This document shows, one piece after another, positions 11,978-24,365 of a stretch of DNA of 64,000 nucleotides. Both the position numbers and the translations under genes were made by a program. The DNA comes from Parasitella parasitica NRRL 2501 (lineage: Eukaryota > Fungi > Mucoromycota), in contig MU619252.1 of the NCBI GenBank assembly GCA_025201805.1, forward strand, positions 62,001-126,000, in the 5' to 3' direction. The notes beneath the pieces were generated by a model. That model ran no database searches. It worked only from the letters and a program-made list of their open reading frames with translations, and was not told the origin of the DNA. Within the stretch, counting starts at the first letter, position 1, and each line of letters starts with the position of its first letter.

Positions 11978-14092
11978 ATGATGTTGGAAATTGATACAGT
12001 CAAAGCTTCAGCCAACAAACCGCTTCCTTCATATTACGATGACGCCGATAGCTCTGAAGCTGATACAGCCTTGAATACACCAACAGGTAGTATGACGGAT
12101 GCATTTGTGAGACGACTTTCGTCCACTTCATCATCACATTCGACGTACAATACAATTAAGCGGAAGCCGTCTGTAACACCGAGCAGCAACAAGAATGTAT
12201 CTTCTCCTGAATTATTGCATAAAATCCAAGCATTAGAAACCGAAGTCAATCAACTTGTTGAAAATGAAATCAATCTCAAAAGCCAGTTACTGATGCTGAG
12301 ACAGCAGCAGCAAAAGCAAGCAAAGCAATCAGCACTCGACCGCATCAACAAACACATAGATCAGTTTCTGACAAAGAATCAACAACTACAAAGCGACAAG
12401 AAACCCACTGAGCTAGTAGGCATTGAGTTACCCATATTGTTTAACCAAGAAGATCAAGTTCACGTTGGTGCTACCCTCATGAGTGACGCCCTCGACGAAT
12501 CCATCTGCGAAGCCGCCGGTGCTTCCGCGATTGATATATCCAGCGTCTTGATATATCGCCTCAAAGCGATGGTTGACCATTTTTTGTCAAGTATCAAAAA
12601 TAAGGAGGAAACCAACGAGCATAAACAAGGAGGAGAAGCTTTTTGTACCGAGCTTTTATCCACGCTTGATTCGTGGCAATCTTATCAATTCACCGCCGTT
12701 TTGGATCAGCAGCTGGAGCAGAAAAAAGAGCAAGACAGAGTAACACGGCTATTAGAGGCCTTGCAAAAGAGTCTTTTAAGGAACAAAACAATGCAAAAAG
12801 ACATGAATTTACTGACAAAGCAATACAAAGCCGATCTGAACGATCTCATGAAAGAGCAGCATCCCAAGACAAAGAAAAGGAGAACTTTTACGGCCCAGCA
12901 TACATTGCATGACGATCGTGAAAAAACAAAGCTGCTATTGGAGAGCCAGGTACAAAGCTTGGAAACAGCACTGTCTACCTGCCAACAAGAGCGTGATGAG
13001 TATGAAACAACGTTAGATATGGTGAGGAAAGAAATGGAGGCCACGCTGGAGGAATTAGAAGACACTAGACAGCAACGTCTTCGGTACAAAACGCAAGCAA
13101 GCCGATTAAGAGCAGGCTTAGAAGCTATTCAAAAAAAGAAGAAAAAGAGGCATGCCGGAAGCGCTGAAAGCGATGCTGACTCTACCGAGGAGGAAGAGGA
13201 AGAGGAGGATACAGCGACAGAGGCTATTCGACTGATGTATATGGAGGCAGAGCGTCAGGCAAATGACTTGGATAGAGAGTGCAAACGTCAAGCCCTAACT
13301 CTGAATAGCATTCGTAAAGAGTTAAAATTGACCGAAGAAAAGTATCAATCAATGATAGCGGAAAAGAATAAACAAACAAACCAAGCCGAACAATTCAACC
13401 GCAGCTTAACGAGAAAGATTCAATTGCTGGAACTACAGTTGGCAACAAACTCACGTCCTGAGCTTTCCAACATAACGACCACAACAAAGGATGTCGACCA
13501 AGATGAGGCCCATGAAGACGATCTGTACCACGCTAAAATTCATGCTCTGCAGATTGCTCTTAAAGCAGCTAAATCCGATGCTATTGTCCAGCGTACTCGT
13601 ATATACCAACTAGAACGTCAGTTAATGCTAGATCCCACGCAGTACATTATTCAAATGCAAGACATGTTTAAAAAGACACATATGAATACAAACAAGATTG
13701 ACGCCAACAAAAAACTGGCGGATCGAATAGAGTTTGAGCAGCGGGAGTGGAAGCAGCAGCGGCTGAATCAATTCCAAAAGAAATACGATATTGATCTTTT
13801 GCGAGTAAATCGAGAAATGCTGGCCTTGTCCAGCCGACTGACAGAAATTGAAAGCGAAGCAGATATCACCAAATCAAGACACACGGAAGAAATGGCCTTG
13901 ATGAGGCATCAGATCAGCATGGACTTTGAAAAAAAACTGCAAAAGTTGGTGACATTGCAGCAATCTAAAGAACGAGAGTTGCAAAATCAATTGGAGGTAC
14001 TATTCCAAAAGAACCAAACTCTCCAAGACGAATCTATGATATTGTATGGCCGTAATATGATGATGGCACATAGATTAGGAAATATAGCGTGA
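11978..14092 (+). CDS. Intronless 704-aa coiled-coil protein of unknown function
   Basis: Long uninterrupted ORF with heptad-rich Q/E/L/K composition, a Ser-rich N-terminus, and basic (KKKKKR) and acidic patches. No recognisable catalytic motif. Confidence 0.85.
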   Translation: MMLEIDTVKASANKPLPSYYDDADSSEADTALNTPTGSMTDAFVRRLSSTSSSHSTYNTIKRKPSVTPSSNKNVSSPELLHKIQALETEVNQLVENEINLKSQLLMLRQQQQKQAKQSALDRINKHIDQFLTKNQQLQSDKKPTELVGIELPILFNQEDQVHVGATLMSDALDESICEAAGASAIDISSVLIYRLKAMVDHFLSSIKNKEETNEHKQGGEAFCTELLSTLDSWQSYQFTAVLDQQLEQKKEQDRVTRLLEALQKSLLRNKTMQKDMNLLTKQYKADLNDLMKEQHPKTKKRRTFTAQHTLHDDREKTKLLLESQVQSLETALSTCQQERDEYETTLDMVRKEMEATLEELEDTRQQRLRYKTQASRLRAGLEAIQKKKKKRHAGSAESDADSTEEEEEEEDTATEAIRLMYMEAERQANDLDRECKRQALTLNSIRKELKLTEEKYQSMIAEKNKQTNQAEQFNRSLTRKIQLLELQLATNSRPELSNITTTTKDVDQDEAHEDDLYHAKIHALQIALKAAKSDAIVQRTRIYQLERQLMLDPTQYIIQMQDMFKKTHMNTNKIDANKKLADRIEFEQREWKQQRLNQFQKKYDIDLLRVNREMLALSSRLTEIESEADITKSRHTEEMALMRHQISMDFEKKLQKLVTLQQSKERELQNQLEVLFQKNQTLQDESMILYGRNMMMAHRLGNIA

Positions 14093-14673
14093 TACGGAAA
14101 ATACTTGTATATAATAAACTATGGTTGTTTTTTTTTTGGATATTCTTTTTTTGCTTTTCCCAGAAATTCTATAAACTTCACAAATGCCACCTAATGTCAA
14201 GCCGAATAGCTCACCTCTTACTGTGCTGACAAGCACATCTACTAATGCTGCGCAAGAAAAGCAAGAGTTGAGCTGTAGTTTGTCGCCATTCATCTTGCAA
14301 AATTCATGTGAAAATGATACGGAGCAAACTTACCATGCAGTCCAAATGGCCTCGAAAAATTATTGTTTTGCACATAACACGTATTATATGTCAAGCTGGT
14401 GTCATAATTGTAGATTTCATATATAAAATAATAAAACTTTTTATAATAGCTTTTAGCTATAGATGATACCATTATCTAGTCCACGATGATGACATTTTGT
14501 TGCGCACGAAACCACGATTTTTGCCTCAAGTATGAAACAGCTGCCTGAACATTATTGTGCTGCTGCTTTATATTGAAGATCCGTGGTCAAAAGCCCTGGT
14601 ATTCAGATTCATCCCGCCCTGCTTTCTTTTTTTTTTAAAAAAATATATATAACATACTATATTTTATCTCATA

Positions 14674-15680
14674 ATGCTTTTATCAAGACCAAGCAGAGTG
14701 GTTTACACATTACAAAAGAGACATTTCACCACGCAGAGTAGTCTTTCCAAATCCAGCAATAAAAGTCGATTATTGACAGGATTTGCATTGATTACTGCTG
14801 TTGGAGCCAGCTATTTAGGTTGGGAATATTCGAACGAAAACAAAGGAGCACTTGACGAAAATTTCTATGTGCCACTTAGTTTAATAAAGAAAGAGAAAAT
14901 ATCACCTGATTCTTTCCTTTTGAGAGTGGCCACAACAACACAACCCACCAGAGAATTTCCTGTTCCATCCTGTGTATTCGTTAAAGATGATGCAATTCAA
15001 GTAATGAGACCATATACGCCCATAAATCAGAACCCGTATGAGGATGGTTATATTGATTTGGTTGTGAAACAATATCAAGATGGCTCAGTATCTAGGACGC
15101 TTAGTGGATTTCAGCTGAATGATAAGGTTCATGTAAGAGGCCCAATGACGGAAGAATATTTGTATAGTGCAAATACCCTGGATACGGTTGGCATGGTAAG
15201 TCTGCTGCTGCTGGTTGCATCTACATTTTTGACAGGTGGGGATATTCATTCGAGATATAGATTGCTGGTGGAACAGGTATTACACCTATGTATCAGTTAA
15301 TACGCCGAATCTTGGAGAACCCTCAAGATCAAGACACTCATATTTGGTTGATTTACGGAAACAAGACAGAGCAAGATATTTTACTGAAGTCGGAATTGGA
15401 TCAACTTGCAACACAGTTTAAAGATCGCTTTAAGGTGAAGTATGTTCTAGAAAAAACCAGCGACAGCAATACAGGGTTTTTAAAAGGATATATTACGAAA
15501 GAGATGGTTGAATCAATGTTAAGAGACGATGGACAACGTAGAAAGATATTTGTTTGTGGCCCAAACAAGATGCTTCAGCTGGTTTGCGGAGAAAGGGCAA
15601 GAGGTTATTCACAAGGCCCAGTGACTGGAATCCTATCTCAGTTGGGTGTCTCTTCTGATGAACTATGGAAGTTTCAATAA
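14674..15680 (+). CDS. Mitochondrial NADH-cytochrome b5 reductase family flavoprotein (Mcr1/Cyc2-like); intron about 15196-15260
   Basis: Arg/Ser-rich presequence plus hydrophobic anchor, RPYTP FAD motif, spliced IAGGTGITPM, IYGNKT and FVCGP motifs. Confidence 0.9.
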
Positions 15681-15787
15681 AATTATGTAATATAAATACA
15701 TTGGTTCTTCTAAAATATGTCCTCTTCCTTCCTTTCTTTTTTTTAACTCAAAAACAACGCAAAAAAAATCCCCTATTCAACTCTGAA

Positions 15788-17379
15788 ATGTTTACTATAA
15801 AGACTACTGACGTCTGCAATGACACACCCCTTTCACCAAGTTTGTCTACCGCATCCTCATTGAAATCCTCCATGTCGTGGATGCAAAAATCACCTAATGA
15901 GCTCATTCCGATGTTGAAAAACGCATATAGTTCATTAAAAGACAAAGAACGAGGTATGAAATACATTGCAATGCAGAGCTTTACTGACATTTTTTTCAAC
16001 CAGATTTGAAATTGGCAGCTGAAATCGGAAAATCCCTGCTGGAGAACAACATGGCATTACGGACCAATTACGACCACCTGCTGTCAAACTACTCCCCTTT
16101 ACCAACGCCATCTAATTCATCCAACTCATTAATTTGCCTGACAGCAACCATAGAAGAAGAGCCGCAAGAGCAAGATTTGAAGTATGTGCCTCCCACAACA
16201 AGAGAAGCACTTGTTGAAATGCTGGAAAAAAAGAACCAAGATCTGGCAACCCAGCTTGACACTGTCTTGTCCAAGCAGGAGAAATTAGACCGCTCGCACA
16301 CCAAAAAGGCACGCCAATTAGAGACTCAAGTAGAGTTGCTACAAACCAGCCTTGATCGTGCTACCACCAAAATCCAAGAGATGGAGAACACCAAAAGAAA
16401 AACATTGACCAAAGATGGAAGCAGTGGTAGCGGTAGCACTGTGAATGACGGCAGAGGAAACACAAGCCCTACTATCCTCACTGTCAACAGTAACACTTGC
16501 ACAGGCAACTGTGCTGATTTGCAGCTCAAAATGGAACAATTAAAAATTGAAAATGACCATGTGAGCCAGGCCAAAGCACAGATTGAAAAAAACTTGTTTG
16601 AGACATTGCATGATTTACGATTATTAAAACAACAGTTTGAGGAATTTCAGTTTACTGCGCATGATCATGAGCAGCTTCGAAAGGCCTTTGATGCACAACA
16701 CTTGCACATCAACGAGCTCAAGAACAGCCTGGAGGAGCATCGGAGCCTGTTGACCAAGCTGAGGGAGCGCGGCGTTTGCTTGTTGACGCAGGAGGAAGAT
16801 TCTGTGATGAAAAACAGCCTGCTAACAGAGCTAGAGAATGCTTGGTCCAAACACCAAACGCCATTATCAGCATCATTGTACAGCCAAGACAGAGACGACG
16901 AGGACGACTGTTGCAGTAGCACAGCATCAAGCATACTATTTCAACCGTTTCAAGCTATATATAACCAATTACCAAATGTAGACACTGCTTTGGAATCCAT
17001 CCTCGTTAAGGCTGGTGCTGTCGAAAAGGACGCATTGGATGATGCATTAAGCCTTATTGGTCGCCTAGAAAACGAATACGACCACGAAAAGTTCCTGCTG
17101 GAGAAGCGACATCTATGCTACAAGGATGACTACCAATGTCTGGACTCGCTGCAAGACGATACAGCAACCTCTGATTTTGATTATTTTGAGGAAATGCCAT
17201 TATCGAACGTCCATGCACCAACAATCACGTCAGCATCAGCAACCGGCTTGGTAGGGTTGGCTCAAAACCTAATCAAATCAATGTTCTACATGACTTGGCG
17301 ATGGTTTAGGTTCATGTTGGTCATGACGATTGCCATATTTATGAGCTTAAAAGAAGGCCCAAATGCGTTGTCATTGTAA
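15788..17379 (+). CDS. Coiled-coil protein with CC1-box-like and Spindly-like motifs and a C-terminal transmembrane anchor; intron 15954-16003
   Basis: Spliced sequence KERDLKLAAEIGKSLLENN, extended heptads, NSLLTELE at 16813, and hydrophobic tail WRWFRFMLVMTIAIFMSL followed by KEGPNALSL-stop. Confidence 0.85.
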
Positions 17380-17837
17380 ACCCTCCCTCTTCCACTACTT
17401 CAAACAACCCATAAATTAAAAAAAAAAAATAGTAATTACAGTGTCAAAGCGCTTTTGGGACACCTTGCGCTTTGACAGAAACTAATCTGCGCTTTTGACC
17501 ATACCAAAATCTGCGATTAACCCACAAAATGTTTTGCAGAGTGGGTGACTAATCTTCCTGAGTGTAGATGACATATCATCAGTATTGTTCGACTTTGTTC
17601 TGTAAACATATTTAAGAGAATTCTGCAAATGGAGCATTTTTAATATACCATCCAATGCGCATATTGGGTATGGCCAAAAACACAAAATGCTAGTAGGCAC
17701 TGGAGACACCATATATTTTACTAGTGACTCCTTGTATCTGACTATTGTGTACAATACTAGGCTTTTGCATATCTTCTTCCCCCCCTTTTTTCACGCTTTA
17801 TAATTCTGTAAAAAGAAAAAAGAAAAAGAGAGCCAGT

Positions 17838-20441
17838 ATGCGTGGTATCTTGTATGGGCTACTCGTATTCAGTAGTATTTCGTTTATATTAGCACTAGAA
17901 GGTACCAAGGCAAACTCTTGCTGAAAATGCACCAGTATTGACATTTGATTTTTTTTTATTGGTTTTTTGATTTTTAGCTGAGGATTACAAAGTAACTTCT
18001 TTACCTGGTATCGACGTTGATTCACTGAATTTTACACAATATGCCGGGTACATATATCTGTTGTGCCATGCTTGGGAACCTTTGCTCATCCTGCTTTATA
18101 TAACATAGGCACATTGAGATATCAAGTGAAACCGACTCTAATCTGTTCTTCTGGATGATTGAAAGAGAGGTTTCACCAGATAACGAGAAACTTGTAACCA
18201 TCAGATTACAGACTAGCACACAACTCTGATGTATTAACAAAGCTCTTAGATTATTTGGTTGAACGGTGGGCCTGGCTGTTCCAGGTAACATGTTTTGCAG
18301 TGAATTTTCAGCGTCATGCTAACGTTGTTTATATTTCAGCATGGATGGTCTGTTTTTAGAAAACGGACCCTTTAGAGTCAATCCGGATCTATCATTGGCA
18401 GTCAATGAAGGAGGGTGGCAAAATTATGCCACCAATATATTCGGTAAAAAACAAGATATTAGTTTATGATAGAGAGGGTATTAACCTGGATGCATGCAAT
18501 TAGTGGATCAGCCTGTAGGTACAGGCTTTAGCTTTGCAAATACAGACAGCTACATGCATAATATGAGCCAGGTATAAAGACACTGGAATTAACACACATA
18601 CATGAATTTAACCTTCGTGGCTGCTGTCTGCATGTAGATCACTGAAGAATTCGTCACCTTTATCGATAAGCTATTTGTTACATTCCCCCATCTTGTAGAG
18701 CAAGACGTCTATATTGCTGGAGAGAGTTTCGCTGGCACGTATATTCCGTATTTTGCATCGCGACTATTGGAATTGAATAAGTACAACCTCAAGGGGATTG
18801 CTATCGGCAATGGTTGGATATCTGCAGAACATCAGTACAATGCTTATTATGACTACAGCGTGCAAAACAACCTGATAGACAAAGAACGACTGCCCCTGAT
18901 CTCTGCGCGCTTAAAGACTTGCCAAGACGATATCAAAGAAAGAGAACTTATTCATCTTTCTTCGTGTGAGAGAATCATGACGGATATCATCGACAGCAGC
19001 ATCCATGAGTAAGTATCTTTGTGATATATGGGGAATGATTCATCTCATGTTTATTTTATTGCAGAAACAAGGCAGGCAGGAGAATGTGTGTCAATATGTA
19101 CGATATCCGGTCCAAAGAAGAACCCTATCCTGAATGCGGACTATCATGGCCTTATGAATTGGACGATGTTACGAAATACCTACGCGTAAATGAAAGATGG
19201 TAGTTATGTCAGCCCCCCCAGTATTGACTAATTTTCTGTTCCAGCTGCCTGAAGTGAAATCAGCCGTGCATGCAGATAAGCAAATACTCGGCTGGAAAGA
19301 GTGCACATCAATGGTATCTTCTGAATTGCACGGCGATCAGAGCCAGCCTGCATACTATGTAAGTATGATTATCGTTTTTATGTGCGCATACTAAACGTAT
19401 GTATGTATAGCTTTTACCGGGCATTCTAGAAGAAATCCCTGTCTTGCTGTTTAGTGGAGAGTATGATTTGATTTGCAACTATATTGGCACAGAATATCTG
19501 ATTGGCAATATGACATGGAACGGGTCAAAGGGATTCAGCAAGAATACCACAAAAGAAGTATGGAAAATTGACAACAAACTGGCTGGTTACTATACCCAAG
19601 AACGCAACTTGATTTATGTGCTGATCAAGGATGGCAGCCACATGGTGCCTTATGATCGACCCATAGAGTGTTTGGATATGATCAATCGATTTATCGAGGT
19701 AGGCGATAATGTTGTCAAAGGTTTACTTAGCCAAGTAGGCAACGGCAGTGCTCCTGCTGCAACCACAACCACTAGAACGACAAAATCAGTACCTACACCC
19801 ACCCTTACTACTCACTCCAGCACAATGACTGAAAAGGATAGCAACTCTAAAGATGATTTAGAACAAGGACAGCTAAATTCTGACGATCAATGGAGCCAGT
19901 ACTACAACTGGGGAACCAGCACGCTTGTAATCGTGATTCTGTTTGCATTGACGCTCTGTTTCTGTTGGTGTCGTAATAATAAAAGACCTTCAGGATCAGC
20001 AGCCGATGAATTTGGCGGTGCTCCCCAAAGGGTACGCGAGGGAGCCAGCAGCAAGAGAAAAGGCTTTGTTGGCTTGATCCGAAGCTTGTTTGGCAGTGGC
20101 AAATCTTCCTATCCAAACCGACGTAAATTCCGTCTTGGTGATAACGACGAATCGAATGAATTGTAAGATACTCAATACCTTTGACTGAACACCCTTTTTT
20201 TTTTTTTGCTTACTACATGTATGTGTGTACATTTAGAGATGAATTAGTTATCGAAACACCCACGCTTTTTGAAGCAAACGAGGAAGATAATGTGGACCAG
20301 CACCATCAGCATTTTGCTATAGATAATGACGAAGATGAAGACGAGGAGGATGATTTCGAGGACTTTGCCGATTTCGATGACGGAGAAGCACTCGCAAATA
20401 CCAAAAATACAAATGCAAAAAAGTATAAAAAGAAGGATTAA
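17838..20441 (+). CDS. KEX1: Kex1-type serine carboxypeptidase (S10), about 10 introns
   Basis: Signal peptide, [25 protein letters not shown] catalytic Ser, [17 protein letters not shown] catalytic His, Ser/Thr linker, TM helix and acidic cytosolic tail. Confidence 0.92.
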
Positions 20442-20458
20442 TAAAGACGTCTATGATT

Positions 20459-21025
20459 TTATTTAAAAAATGGCTTTTTGAGACGAGAAATGAGTGAGCC
20501 GAATCTCTTTGTCGTAGCCTTGACACTTGCTTCATGATTGGGAGAATCGTTAAGGGAACGTCTTCTTGCTGGCATCCTTTCAAGGATTGGATCCACACTG
20601 AGTGTTGGTTTAAATGGAACGCCAACAATAGGCTTTTCGTCATGCGCCTCAGTTCTCTTTTGATTCTGTTTCTGTAAGGGTGAAGGAGAGGTGTATGAAA
20701 CAGGGCGGCGAAGAACATGACGCTTATTAACAGGCGAACATTGCCCTGATGAAGAAGAAGATATTGCTGAAGACAGGTAGTGAGAAGTCTCGAGGTCGTC
20801 TAGCAAGGTTTCATTTTCCACCATAATAGAGAACGGGTGCACTGGGCTTCCGCTATGAAGATAGCTATGTTGTTGTAGAGCTTGTTCATGGTCATATTCT
20901 ATCTCGATATCGTCTTGCCATGCTCTCACTTGTGGTAGTTTCTTGCTTGGTGTGCAAAGTAATTTCGGCGTAGGAGATGCTGAAGGAAACACGACAGGAG
21001 AAGGGGTATTAAATTGACGGTTCAT
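20459..21025 (-). CDS. Hypothetical 188-aa Ser/Pro-rich, probably disordered protein
   Basis: Single ATG-started ORF with coding-like composition preceded by an A-rich leader; many SP/TP and RRxS sites. Confidence 0.65.
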   Translation of the reverse strand: MNRQFNTPSPVVFPSASPTPKLLCTPSKKLPQVRAWQDDIEIEYDHEQALQQHSYLHSGSPVHPFSIMVENETLLDDLETSHYLSSAISSSSSGQCSPVNKRHVLRRPVSYTSPSPLQKQNQKRTEAHDEKPIVGVPFKPTLSVDPILERMPARRRSLNDSPNHEASVKATTKRFGSLISRLKKPFFK

Positions 21026-21339
21026 TGGATTTTCGTTTTTCTTGTAGAAAGAAGAAAGAGAACCTCAAGATAGACGTCGATAATGCAGTTAATATACGCA
21101 GGATAGATAAATATGTCAAATGACCAATATCTTAGTATATATATATGTATACAGGGGATGTTAAATCATATGAACACAAAAATGTATAAGATTGTACCTG
21201 TTACACCTGGTACTCTCGTTTTAGGGTCTTGGGCACACATACATATACATGAAATATTTGTGTGTCTGATTAATGTGAACTAATAAACGTACAGATGTGT
21301 AAATGCTGTGTGATCGTTGGTGCTTGAAGAAACACCTTT

Positions 21340-21378
21340 TTTATTATCATTATCATTATTATCATTATTATTATTATT
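21340..21378. repeat. (ATT/ATC)n microsatellite
   Basis: ttattatcattatcattattatcattattattattatta. Confidence 0.8.
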
Positions 21379-23417
21379 ACAGCCTGTTGTTCCTAGATGT
21401 TTGGTCTTGTTCTTTTATTATATAAGTCAGTATTTTGGCTCTATCGACAAACATATGAAAATTGCTGAATTTCGTATAGAAGCAGGTATTCAATTTTGTA
21501 ACCAAGAATAACCCATCGGCATCTGCATGTATTGTTACACACACGCTATGATGGGTTGATCTCGTTACTAAACAAGAGTACACTTTTTCGAAATATGTGG
21601 CACAGTGCTGCGTAAACAGCCTCTAATAATTTGTTTAATAGAGAAACATCAGAGATATCATAAATATACTAAGAGTTTTATTAAAGAAAGTTTTATATTG
21701 GCAAGAATCGATGGTAATTACCAAACTTATATGAAATTTTAGATGCTTTCTCAACAGGTCAATTCACTTTTGATTATCATGAGTTGTATATACATGAAAA
21801 GCAACTTTACCAAACATGGAGAGAAGCCTACGGAATGACCTAAAAGGGAATTCCCAAAACTATCAAGCATTTTTCAGTGTTTCTCAACGTAAATGTTGTG
21901 CCGATCTTAAAACCAGCTTGTATTCAGATACCTTTTTTTCGGCGTAATATGCACATATTTGCGAATTTATATTCTATACTCACTTAGGACTACATTTAGG
22001 TTCAACACAGTGTAAATTTTTTTTTTGAACAATAAAGCAATGCTACGCGACATAACACAAATTATGATTTTAGCAATATAAGCCAGACGAAACAGAAACC
22101 TTTTCCGAAATTAAACAGTTTTGAGGGCTACATTATAAATATATTATCATTACGAAATGTTATATCTAATATCAGCTTAGTTTCATAATAAGATGATACT
22201 TTACTAAACCACTCTATTCCATGCATCAAACTAAAAGGGACTTAATGAGAATTCATATCATGCAAAGCCATAATATATACTTACTTTTCAAGTGCCTTGT
22301 TTGTGAAATACATTATGGCGTGTAGCATTTTTATTTCTGCGAAACTTACTAAGAAATCCAAGATAAACTTCGCACTACCACAAAAGGATGACTCTATTGT
22401 ATATAATTGTGTAAGCAATAAATATTTGTTTGTAACCAATACGTTTTTTGGTACTATGCGGTTTAATAATTCGCTGTCAAAACCTTATTTAGACAGTTAA
22501 TACATTGAAATTTCTCTTGCAACAGCTAAATCTTGCCATACAAAAGGAGAAAATCAATTTACTGCAGAGCGATATAGCATTAAGATACTATACAACAGTT
22601 TCATGTTGTGTATTGCAGTGTGGAATCTTATATGATTAAAACTAATGGTACAAAGTAAACACCAAATATATGCATGTAATGAAAGAGGAGCTTCCCATGA
22701 CTAAATTGAAGTAAACATTACAGGCATTTTAAAAAACGAAACATTTCCCGTAGCTACATGCTTACTCGTGTTCCAAATGTTTTAGTATCTGATGTCTTAT
22801 TGTAATGAGATATGGATGATCGTTTCAGCTGAACACCTATACACTATAATTCCATTAATTAACAAACAAAAAGGCTAAATTTTGGCAAATCTGAAAAAAA
22901 TCAGGGTAAAAATGATGCACCTCTTAAAATTGATATGTTTTGAAAACTTTTTAAATCTGGACAATTGGCACTGCTCTTCTGCTTCATAGTAAATTGCTCA
23001 ATGTATATATTACGTATGTTGTCGAGGATGACCAGATATCTAGTATTGCTGTAATAAGAATTTCTTGAAAATTTTATGTTGTTGTAATGTGAAGATTTTT
23101 GATTTTTATCATAAATATCAAAGGAGCATATAATCCTAATCCTCATTGATATACGCCGTATATAAACTTAGCCGACAAGGAAAGTAATCACGTAAATCTT
23201 CTACTTTTTTAATTTTTTATTTTATCTGTTTGATATTTTCTAATGATCCTTTACTGTACCGCGAACACATGGCATCCAGCTTTTACTTTTCGTGGAAAAA
23301 AAAACATTTCAATTGCCGAATGAAATATACCTTAAATAGACAAGCTATATTTTTTTTTTTTTTTTTTTTTTGGTGGTATAATGGAATTTATAAACCACTT
23401 TTATTAGTCGTATAATT

Positions 23418-24183
23418 TTACAATTTGGCCAAGACAGCTTCAGCACCAGAAGAAGTAACACCAGGAGCTTTCTCAACACCAATGTATTTGATGACCAAAT
23501 CATCAATGACTATAGCGAAACGTTTTGATCGAATTCCCATGCCATTGTTAGTCAAATCTTGAGTGAGGCCCAAAGCGCTAGAGAAAAGAGCACTGCCGTC
23601 ACCAGCCATAATAACCTTATCACCGGCTTTGTAAGCTTTAGCAAATGCGTTCATGACAAAGCCATCCATAACAGAAATGCAAATAACATCGCTGACTCCC
23701 TTGGCCTTTAATGCATCATGAGCAGAGATGAATCCAGGAACATGAGTTTCGGAACAGGCTGGGGTAAAGGGTCCTATTTGATATGCATTATAGTGAGATT
23801 CCATCAAAGTGTTAACAGACATATGTAACTTTCATACCGGGAATGGCAAAGATGACAGCCTTCTTTCCCTTCAACTTTTCGTGGATTTTGTAGGGGATTG
23901 GGCTAGATATTTCATTGACGATTAGCATCTATTACACATACTATTTGAACGTAAGGGTATTACCGAGGACAGGCTGTGATGTCTTCTTTGGGGTCAAAAG
24001 GAACATATTGAAGAGCACCATCGGGGATCTAAGATACAAGAGATGCTGCTAAATATCATTCATAATATAGGTCTAGTTCAATTAGGGAAGACTTACAATA
24101 TCGCCAACTTTGATAGACTATAAAGTAAATATAAAATGTTATGGTTAGCCTAATGCGTTTATACCTTCACTTTCCCTTACCAT
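23418..24183 (-). CDS. PMP20: Peroxisomal type II peroxiredoxin (Prx5/Pmp20/Ahp1 family), 5 exons
   Basis: Spliced MSIKVGDIIPDG...FAIPGPFTPACSETHVPG, RSKRFAIVIDD, and C-terminal PTS1 AKL. The first coding exon is the ATG only (24181-24183) and exon 2 is 21 nt (24097-24117). Confidence 0.92.
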
Positions 24184-24365
24184 TTCTGATTATAAATGTG
24201 ATTTGAATATATTTAGAAGAAAGAAGAGCTGGAGCTTTGGAGGCAATTTTTGGCTTTTATTTGCCTGTTTTAAGATTCACTTGCCGCATTCCATTCATAA
24301 GCGACTCTCGTGCTGTCACGAAGAAGCTTTACCACGTTATTCTTTCTATAAACACTTTTTATGGC

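Noticed and set aside
14485-14548. ATGATGA...CTGA pair resembling a C/D box snoRNA
   Set aside because: No convincing terminal stem and no rRNA-complementary guide that I could identify.
21600-23400. Gene-free AT-rich 1.8-kb stretch as a possible centromere or mobile element
   Set aside because: No repeat partner, terminal structure or coding signal could be supported; a 14-bp match to the DIRS-like terminus near 23055 may be chance.
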